From positions 1 through 31,710 of the IMG/VR virus record IMGVR_UViG_3300037506_000254: 31,710 nucleotides of DNA. One strand, written 5' to 3'. Made by a program: the position numbers and the translations under genes. Below are positions 25,301 through 31,710 of the stretch, one piece after another. Under the pieces are notes generated by a model. The model was given only the letters and a program-made list of their open reading frames with translations, was not told where the DNA came from and did not search any database. This stretch comes from a virus (taxonomy: Duplodnaviria > Caudoviricetes). Each line of letters begins with the position of its first letter. Within the stretch, counting starts at the first letter, position 1.

Positions 25301-28300
25301 ACGAACACGCATCAACTGCGGTTGTATCTCGCGCCTTACCGGGCTGGCACATCGGGCACGGGCAACTATGCCGGGACAAACAAGCTCCAAGAGCAGCTTT
25401 TGACGGCGAACCTCACATCTGCCGACGACACGCTGCAATTTGAGATCACGCACCGGCGGCAGAAGAAGGCGACCAAGTTTGGTTTGGCATCGGTTCAGAT
25501 CAACAATGGTGGCGCGGGCACGGGTTACACCAATCCTCCAACGGTAAATATCGCACCGCCGCCCGCTGGGACCGGGCATCGGCCTGCGTTGGCGACCGCG
25601 TATGTTTCAGCAGGACAGGTCTTCAAGATCGTTCTGACCGATCCCGGTTACGGATACACCACGGCTCCAGCGGTGACGTTCACTCCGAATGGTGGCGGCA
25701 CGGGCGCGGCGGCGACCGCCGTCTTGCAGGATGGCGTGCGCTGGGTGCATCCGTTGGGAATTTCCGTGCGGCAACTCGTGACCCAGAAGCCGACGATCCG
25801 CAAAGGTGAGCTGGCGGCGCTGTGCCTGAATTTCGGGCGCGTGACGGACAATATGCTGCGGGCGCAGGCCGAGGATTTCTGGGGGTTGGAGCGTTCGCTC
25901 TCGGCTACTCCTAGCCTGAAGGACGACGCCAGTTTCCAGGAACAAATGCAGTCCACCAGCGCCTATCTGATGGGGATGGCTTATTACAATCGGGTGAGCC
26001 GATTCAAGGAGACGGATGAGCGGCTGCATAAGGCGCGCGTTTTCAGCATGTATGCGGCTGGTTTGAGCAAGCTGGCTCCGTATCGCAGCCCGGAACTGGC
26101 GGCGAGCAGCCCTGCAACGCTCGGCTTCCCGAACGATGGCGACATCATCCCGCAGATGGCCACGGTGGATATGTTTTTCCTCAATGCGGCCTACGCGGCG
26201 AATGGCACCGTGCATCCCGATTCAGGGGTGCCATTCACCGAGTCTACGCGCGATTTCTGGCACCTGCTCATCGCGGAAATTTCCGCGCAGGAGCATGGGA
26301 TCATCAATGACTACTACCGGGAATCGGCGGCGATTTCGACGATCAAGCTGCTGCACCGGAAGGCGGCAGGCGTTTTGCGGCTGACGAAGGCTAACTATGT
26401 GGCTTCCGGCGAGGTGGAGTATCAATTCGGCACGGGCACGCCGACGCCGCAGAACAAAAAGAAACTCAAGGATTGGGATACGAAAATGTGGCAGGCGATC
26501 ACCGATACCTTCAATGGAGCGGCCGGTGATTTGGCGGAAGTCTTCATCACGCCGGGGCCGGTGGCCAGCGCGAGTGCGTCCTACACTGGCATGGGCGCAA
26601 TGGTCTTCGCCAATGATCTCTATTCAGCGCTGATCAGCGGGAACATGAACCTGAGCAATGGCGGTGCCGGATCGTTACTTTACGCGCCGATTTACAGCGC
26701 GCCGCAGTTACCACGCATCACGCTTTTAAGCACAGCGAACGACTACAGCATTGGGTATCGCGCTCCGGCGAGCGCATCGAATCCTTTCCTAGCCCCGTCC
26801 AGCACGAATATCTTTCGCTCGCTCGATACGATTACGGGGCTGAACAGCCTATTCTACACCCCGACGAGCTACCAATCGTTGACGTGGAATAACAACGCCG
26901 CGCTCTACGGCCTGCCCACCGGTGGCACAGGCACTTACTATTCACAGACAGTATCGCGCGGCTCCACGGGTTCCACTTCGTCGTATGCTGGATGGGGTGT
27001 TTTGGATACATTGGGATCGGTTGTTGGAGCCGTGGCTGACCCGGTGAGCGTCATCACCGGCGAATTCCACGTTGATGCGGTGGATCTGACGCTGCCGGGG
27101 CCGATGCCGCTTTCCATCCGGCGCAATTATTCCAGCCAGGCACTTTCGGACAATGAATTCGGCCACGGTTGGAAGCTCGCTTATTTCCCCTACCTCGTGG
27201 TGGGCGACAATGGGCTGATTTACGGCGCGGAAATGGACGGCTCCGTGATCGCCTACCGGCAGGATGCCGGGAATCCGAACCTCTACACGCCCAAGACCGA
27301 CGACAATCCTTCGCTGCGGAATGTGCATGACGGCGGCGCTGGCTCTACGGGCAATGCGATGAATAACCGCCTCATCAAATCCACTGAGGGCGCGGACACC
27401 ATTTACACGCTGACTGGCCCGCACGGGCACACGCGGCGATTCAAGGTTCGGTCTTTCCAAGTGGACACGATCACCCGCAGCCGTCCCTACCTCGATACTT
27501 GGAAAGACGCGCACGGCAACACGCTGACTTTCACCTTCTACGGCACCTCGACGGATTTCCGTTACGGGCAGCTGAAGCAAATCGCGGCGAACAGCGGCAA
27601 TTTCGTGGGCTTCGATTATGACGTGTTTGGTCACATCGTCGAGGCGTGGACGGGCGATGGCCGCCGCGTGAAATACACCTACGATTCGCAGGGCGATTTG
27701 AGGACGGTGACGCTGCCGGACGGAGCGGTTCACGCCTACGAATACGAGCAGGAAACTTCCACCGCCGGCGGCGAGAGCGTGCTGACTTCCAAGCATCTGT
27801 TGACGCAGGAAACCAAGCCGGACGGGCGCATCCTGGTGAACCTGTATGATGCCCAACGCCGGGTGATCGAGCAGAAGGCCGTGGTGGACAGCACGACCAC
27901 CGCGCCAGTGACCAATGCTACCTTCACCTACGCCAATAGCCAGAATGCCACGACGAAGACCTGGACGGGGACGACCACGGTGCAGGATGCCTACAATCGC
28001 CCCACGGTGTTTGCCTATACGGACAGCCTCGTGACGAGCGAGGACGATCCCGAGACGACGGCGGAAGTCCGGGAGTGGTATCCGGCGAATGTGACACCGG
28101 GCAGCAATGGAGCCTATCCGCGCAGCCTAAAGCAAATCACCGACCGGCGTGGCGTGGTTACTTTCTTCAAATACGACGCCCGCGGGAATCTGATCGAAAA
28201 ATCCGTGGGCACCACAGCAAACCCCGCCGACCTCGATGGCGATGGTGTCGCCTCAGCGGGTGAGAAGGCGGTGACGACGTGGACATGCAACGCCCTCGAC

Positions 28301-31300
28301 CTTCCGCTGACGCAGACCGACCCCTCCGGCGTGCAGACGAAGTGGTTTTACGAAAACGCGAGCTATCCCTACCTCGCCACGCGGATCGAGAAACACGCTC
28401 AGGCGCAGCTCGTGTCGAAGGTCGTGCGGACTTTCTACGCCAAGACGGGCACGCCTTCCGCCTTTGGGCTGTTGCAAAGCGAGCGCGTCGCGGCGGATTC
28501 GCCGGATGAAGCGCGCACCGACTGGCTGCACGACCAGCGCGGTTACGCGACGCAGCGCACGCAACTCAGCGGCACGGGCGACCCCAATGTCGTCACCACG
28601 CTCCTGCACAACGGGCGCGGCGAACTCATCGAGGAAACCGACTCGCTGGGCCGCAAGTGGCGCTACACTTACGACGCGATGGGCCGCCGCACCGCCGCCG
28701 AGCGTCGAGATTCAGCGCGGACGCTCGTCTCATGGGATTACGTCTATTACAACCGCAACGGCGAAGTGGAATGGAGCGATGGGCCGCGTTCTGGGCCGGA
28801 GGATTACGTGTGGCATCGCTACGATGCGCATGGTCGGCGCACGGAGGAAATGCGCTGGCGTTCGCAGGCCAAGGGCGATGGCACTGGTGTCGAGGCGGGC
28901 GTGGGCGACGCGATGGTGAGCACGACGTTTTTCAAATACGACAAGTTCAACAACCTCATCGAAACCCGCTCGCCGCGCCGTCATTCGGTGACGATGGCCT
29001 ACGACGGCATCGGGCGGCTAACCGGGCGCAGTTTTTACGAGGGTTACTTCGGCGCGGGCGGCGTGCTCAAGGCGAGTGAGTCGTTCACCTACGAGCCGGG
29101 CGGCGAAGTGGCCACGCACACCGGAGTGCTCGGCGGGCAGACGACGATGCTCTACAATGCTCGCGGCCAGCTCCGGCGGCGCACGAACGCGGATGGCTCG
29201 GTGGAGGAATGGCGCTACTATCCCGATGGCCGCATCTATCGGGAAATCCTCCGCAATGGCAGCTATTGGGAGACGACGTATGACGACCTGAATCGCACCA
29301 TCACGCGCGTGCTGAAAACAAGCGGTGGCACCGTGCTCAAGACGCAGGTGAAAGCGCATGACCGGCGCGGCAACTGTATTTCGGAAACGGCGGACGGCTT
29401 CACCTTCACCCGCACTTACGACGACCTGGACCGGCCAAAGACCGTGACTGGCCCGGCGGCGACGGCCACGAGCGCGCAGCAGACCACCACTTACACTTAT
29501 CCGGACGGCGCGGGGCGCGAGCAGCGCGTGACGAATGGGCTGAATGAAACGACCATCACCCTGCGCGACGCGCTGGGCCGCGTGGAAAGCGTGGAAGTGC
29601 GCGATGCAGGCAACGCCGTGGTGCGCAAGTCCACGTATGCCTACTCCACCGACCACCACAAAACGACGGTGACGGAGGGCACGGGCGCGGGGGCCATCGT
29701 CACGCAGACGTGGACGGATACCTTCGGCAATCCCGTGCTGGTGAAGAAAGCGGATGGGACTGCGGAGTATTCCTTTTACGACAGCGGCGGGCTGCTCACG
29801 AGTCACTTCGACCGCGCACTGCGGCAGACGTTCTACGCGCGCAACTGGCGCGGGGATGTGACGCAGGAGGTGAGGCCCGGCGGCGTGGTCGTGAACTATG
29901 TGCCGGATGCGGCGGGCAACACCCTCCAGCGCAATATGCCCGGCGGCCTCAGCGAGCAGGCGCTGTTCGACACCGCAGGCCGGCAGACGCAGAGCAAGCT
30001 CGTGCAAGGCGGCAGCACCACGCGGCTGGTGAACTTTGCCTATCACCCGGCGGGGCACCAGTGGGCGGGGCTGCTGAATACGGCCACCGATGCGCGCGGC
30101 ATCGTGACGACGACGACTTACGACGGGGCGTTGCGCGTGGCGGGGCAGGCGAGCACCGGGCCGGATGCGGAGGACGCGCTGAGCCGGACGCTCGGTTACA
30201 ACGAGCGCGACCTGCTCACGAGCATCGCCGAGACGGGGCTGAACGGGGCGACGACGGTGGCGCGGAGTTTCGACGGTTACGGGGCCATCGGCAGCGAGAC
30301 GGTGAGCGTCGGCGGCGTGGCGCAGTCCGCGATCACGCAAAGCTGGAATGCTGCGGGGCGGCGCAGCGGGCTGAATAGTGGCACCGGCTTCCAGCCGGTG
30401 TTCGTCCACAACGCCGCAGGCCAAATGACTTCGGTCACGGTGGCCGGCAGCACCTATGCGGCGAGCTATACGGACAACGGCCTGCTCACCGCGCGCACGA
30501 GTCCCTTTCGCAGCGTTGCGGTGCAGTCGCGGGACAGCCTTGGGCGGATCACCGACCTGCGGACGACTGTGGGCGGGGTGCTGGCGCTGAAGGAAACGGT
30601 GCCTGCGTGGAACGCGCTGGACAAAGTGCAGGGCGTGGTTGCCACGCGGGCGGGCGCGGGGGCTTGGAATGAGAACCGCGATTACCTCTACGACAACAGC
30701 GGGCGGCTCATTTACGAGGACTTCAATCCCATTGCTGGTTACGGCGAGGATTCGGAGCAGTTTTTCTACGATGGCAGCGGGACGTTCGGCGCGACGGGCG
30801 GCGTCGGGGTGCGGAGCAAGGTGCAGCGCAATAGCGATGGCATCGCGGTGCATCAGGTGCCAAGCGTGGCGACGTTTGCGCGGGTGACGAGCGAAAATGT
30901 GGGCGGCAGCCAGCCGCGAGCGGTGGCGCTGGGCGGGGCGGCGCCGGGGGCGAAAAGCGTGGCGCTTTCGCTCGATGGGCGGGCGTCGTCGTCGAGCGGC
31001 GTCACTTTTCCCGGCTGGCAGGATGCGCAGGGACTGTGGAGCGCGTCGCCGCTGCTCGCGCCGGGCTATCACTTCCTCACGGCCACGGCGATGCATCCGA
31101 GTGGGTGGGTGGCGGCTCCGGCCAATAGCTTCTTCTACGTCGCGCCGCGCGCGGAGACGGTGAACAATACTTACGACGAGATGGGCAATGTCGCCACGCG
31201 GACGTGGAGCCTCGGCAAGGCGCAGACGCTCACTTGGGACGGGCGCGGGCGCTTGGTGAAAGTGGTGCAGACGGGCGTCGCGCCCTTTACCTGGACGGCG

Positions 31301-31710
31301 CTCTACGACGGACTGAACCGGCGCATCCGCACGACCTTCACGCCCAGCGGCGGGGCGGCGGTCACGACCAGCTCCGTGTTCGACCCCGAGGTGGAGTTTT
31401 TGGAACTTGGCCTTGCCATCAATGGCGCGCAGGCGTGGAAGGTGTATGGGCCGGACTTGAGCGCGAGCTACGGCGGGTTGCAGGGTCTCGGCGGCTTGGA
31501 AGCGGTCATCGGCAGCGATGGCGTCACGCGCGGGATCGTGAACGACTGGCACGGCAACACCGTGGGCCACGTGTCCACCGCAGGCGGCGCACTGACGTGG
31601 AGCCCCGCGCAGTTCCTCGCCTTCGGCCCCGCACCCGGCTGGGGCACCGCCCCGCTCGATGGCACCAAGCCCCTGCACGAACTGCTCGGCTACCGCGGCC
31701 TCACGCTCGA
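22316..31710 (+). CDS. Giant secreted RHS/YD-repeat protein (partial, >3100 aa, continues beyond window)
   Basis: ATG 22316 with signal peptide MTSILRLLLATLTVASSSFA; same frame at window end (LLGYRGLTL) and no terminated ORF in this frame in the track; DUF6531-like DPVSVITGEF...LSIRRNYSS...FGHGW near 27038; many YD repeats. Confidence 0.9.
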   Translation, partial: MTSILRLLLATLTVASSSFAQTHPNAEAKRFTRGVPGDLAAFQANASLYQSTVIPADQQRGIALNGTGNNASLYGNAPESQLPWFCRIQRTQRYHLTADLSGALAYAAIENPIAVFGESGGATPLYINRDYRFGVFAGFRDYTNAGNPLRGMFRIRAYSTAALSSGQTNVAHAYETTFELPWPGDANWNQFLLDGGRKVVDWTQTGLKTTIEIVGGAAMLADAEQWNTWNDPFVVTHRAANSSYYFVVEYQGFTVAGGTNYPMVSSVLPATTSTATYSPLYTLDFTSQPPWRSTFLHAPQFAGEPVPSWYYGKSFEELQAAWMFVPSTPGDALKTATTVDHSAELRSHPILNDFVTSMGSDPIALANYVFNEIELTDPISYNEDGGMDEASIHCGGLNRSALATFLEKQGNPWEQCSLLVYLLRKANVAAVYCEPEKDKLGMLDTQLSKLLRMQIKGAKTPDGSEDMPQIVPTNYPWVSAWIPSEGRWVHLFPWLKDTEVNEGGNLYDQFPSGTKTGAAWVRKYLQADTSILPDQTGAYQQDSGTNGLVVIEAEGYHEHVPRGGKRWEPLTEKDENGVDSPAGYSGTAWVRAMPNTGTALTSSGFASQSPRLDYQVDFNRSGTHYVWLRGQGANSNDNTVHLGLNGAKVSTASNAGGFHTTFGWRNRNTSNAVLTINVPSAGRHTLNVWMRQDGFRLDKLVLSSSPESSFTPLPDGVIALEAESFTENVEGAWYYGPGSPAQQFIPRWEVVAGQGLMQTSSIVGSNSASGPAALKYNVAIPSSATYTVWLYGKADTGSKTAGVSLDGNSGTATFTTTLAWKSAGQIASGAGTKVLSLNRQADGVTVDKILLVLDSAYTPSGTGLAATPLSKQSAVESNVPSNLFPRYARTQLAASNTSFDDLGIKFRDRRYYRTAWDDFPRPFNLYPGSHVFFEKLADRADTFDTVRVQLWSDRNNNGTYESGGDGPKLDTGDWLSTDLHNRRFYTACRKTPANGTNTHQLRLYLAPYRAGTSGTGNYAGTNKLQEQLLTANLTSADDTLQFEITHRRQKKATKFGLASVQINNGGAGTGYTNPPTVNIAPPPAGTGHRPALATAYVSAGQVFKIVLTDPGYGYTTAPAVTFTPNGGGTGAAATAVLQDGVRWVHPLGISVRQLVTQKPTIRKGELAALCLNFGRVTDNMLRAQAEDFWGLERSLSATPSLKDDASFQEQMQSTSAYLMGMAYYNRVSRFKETDERLHKARVFSMYAAGLSKLAPYRSPELAASSPATLGFPNDGDIIPQMATVDMFFLNAAYAANGTVHPDSGVPFTESTRDFWHLLIAEISAQEHGIINDYYRESAAISTIKLLHRKAAGVLRLTKANYVASGEVEYQFGTGTPTPQNKKKLKDWDTKMWQAITDTFNGAAGDLAEVFITPGPVASASASYTGMGAMVFANDLYSALISGNMNLSNGGAGSLLYAPIYSAPQLPRITLLSTANDYSIGYRAPASASNPFLAPSSTNIFRSLDTITGLNSLFYTPTSYQSLTWNNNAALYGLPTGGTGTYYSQTVSRGSTGSTSSYAGWGVLDTLGSVVGAVADPVSVITGEFHVDAVDLTLPGPMPLSIRRNYSSQALSDNEFGHGWKLAYFPYLVVGDNGLIYGAEMDGSVIAYRQDAGNPNLYTPKTDDNPSLRNVHDGGAGSTGNAMNNRLIKSTEGADTIYTLTGPHGHTRRFKVRSFQVDTITRSRPYLDTWKDAHGNTLTFTFYGTSTDFRYGQLKQIAANSGNFVGFDYDVFGHIVEAWTGDGRRVKYTYDSQGDLRTVTLPDGAVHAYEYEQETSTAGGESVLTSKHLLTQETKPDGRILVNLYDAQRRVIEQKAVVDSTTTAPVTNATFTYANSQNATTKTWTGTTTVQDAYNRPTVFAYTDSLVTSEDDPETTAEVREWYPANVTPGSNGAYPRSLKQITDRRGVVTFFKYDARGNLIEKSVGTTANPADLDGDGVASAGEKAVTTWTCNALDLPLTQTDPSGVQTKWFYENASYPYLATRIEKHAQAQLVSKVVRTFYAKTGTPSAFGLLQSERVAADSPDEARTDWLHDQRGYATQRTQLSGTGDPNVVTTLLHNGRGELIEETDSLGRKWRYTYDAMGRRTAAERRDSARTLVSWDYVYYNRNGEVEWSDGPRSGPEDYVWHRYDAHGRRTEEMRWRSQAKGDGTGVEAGVGDAMVSTTFFKYDKFNNLIETRSPRRHSVTMAYDGIGRLTGRSFYEGYFGAGGVLKASESFTYEPGGEVATHTGVLGGQTTMLYNARGQLRRRTNADGSVEEWRYYPDGRIYREILRNGSYWETTYDDLNRTITRVLKTSGGTVLKTQVKAHDRRGNCISETADGFTFTRTYDDLDRPKTVTGPAATATSAQQTTTYTYPDGAGREQRVTNGLNETTITLRDALGRVESVEVRDAGNAVVRKSTYAYSTDHHKTTVTEGTGAGAIVTQTWTDTFGNPVLVKKADGTAEYSFYDSGGLLTSHFDRALRQTFYARNWRGDVTQEVRPGGVVVNYVPDAAGNTLQRNMPGGLSEQALFDTAGRQTQSKLVQGGSTTRLVNFAYHPAGHQWAGLLNTATDARGIVTTTTYDGALRVAGQASTGPDAEDALSRTLGYNERDLLTSIAETGLNGATTVARSFDGYGAIGSETVSVGGVAQSAITQSWNAAGRRSGLNSGTGFQPVFVHNAAGQMTSVTVAGSTYAASYTDNGLLTARTSPFRSVAVQSRDSLGRITDLRTTVGGVLALKETVPAWNALDKVQGVVATRAGAGAWNENRDYLYDNSGRLIYEDFNPIAGYGEDSEQFFYDGSGTFGATGGVGVRSKVQRNSDGIAVHQVPSVATFARVTSENVGGSQPRAVALGGAAPGAKSVALSLDGRASSSSGVTFPGWQDAQGLWSASPLLAPGYHFLTATAMHPSGWVAAPANSFFYVAPRAETVNNTYDEMGNVATRTWSLGKAQTLTWDGRGRLVKVVQTGVAPFTWTALYDGLNRRIRTTFTPSGGAAVTTSSVFDPEVEFLELGLAINGAQAWKVYGPDLSASYGGLQGLGGLEAVIGSDGVTRGIVNDWHGNTVGHVSTAGGALTWSPAQFLAFGPAPGWGTAPLDGTKPLHELLGYRGLTL

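Noticed and set aside
29018-31678. 886-aa minus-strand ORF and other long antisense ORFs (13572-15575, 16677-17996, 18995-20320, 2480-3475, 6931-8091)
   Set aside because: Arg/Ala/His-rich shadows of real genes on the opposite strand, expected in high-GC DNA
1-31710. tRNA, rRNA, CRISPR array, integrase, reverse transcriptase/DGR
   Set aside because: No recognisable signature seen by eye; a covariance-model scan would be needed to exclude small RNAs

Overview
GC-rich window, probably from a Verrucomicrobiota-type genome (inferred from the secreted-protein families at 20985-22312). It has three parts. (1) Positions 1-125 hold the 3' end of an IS110-family element. (2) Positions ~237-20590 are a prophage or phage-like element. 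Its leftward 'early' arm encodes two ATP-dependent DNA ligase-type genes (one disrupted), two AAA+ ATPases, an amidoligase plus class-II glutamine amidotransferase pair, DUF6573- and DUF6011-like proteins, and a ParB-like / TET-associated-type glycosyltransferase / RarA-C-terminal-like operon. Its rightward arm is a lambda-type head module (terS, GpA terL, lipoprotein, M15 endolysin, head-tail adaptor, portal, S49 protease, scaffold, major capsid) that ends at a terminator with no tail genes. (3) An XRE gene is followed by a secreted three-gene locus ending in a giant RHS/YD protein (>3100 aa, absent from the ORF track because it runs off the window). The strongest unexplained signals are non-coding: TTGAC exactly 14 nt before the start codon of five genes (a sixth fits with a 4-nt leader), a recurring TTCGTG-N4-CACGAA palindrome before head genes, and a diverged ~230-bp hairpin+palindrome+promoter-like cassette repeated between early gene blocks. 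All family assignments come from motif recognition by eye; no searches were run.
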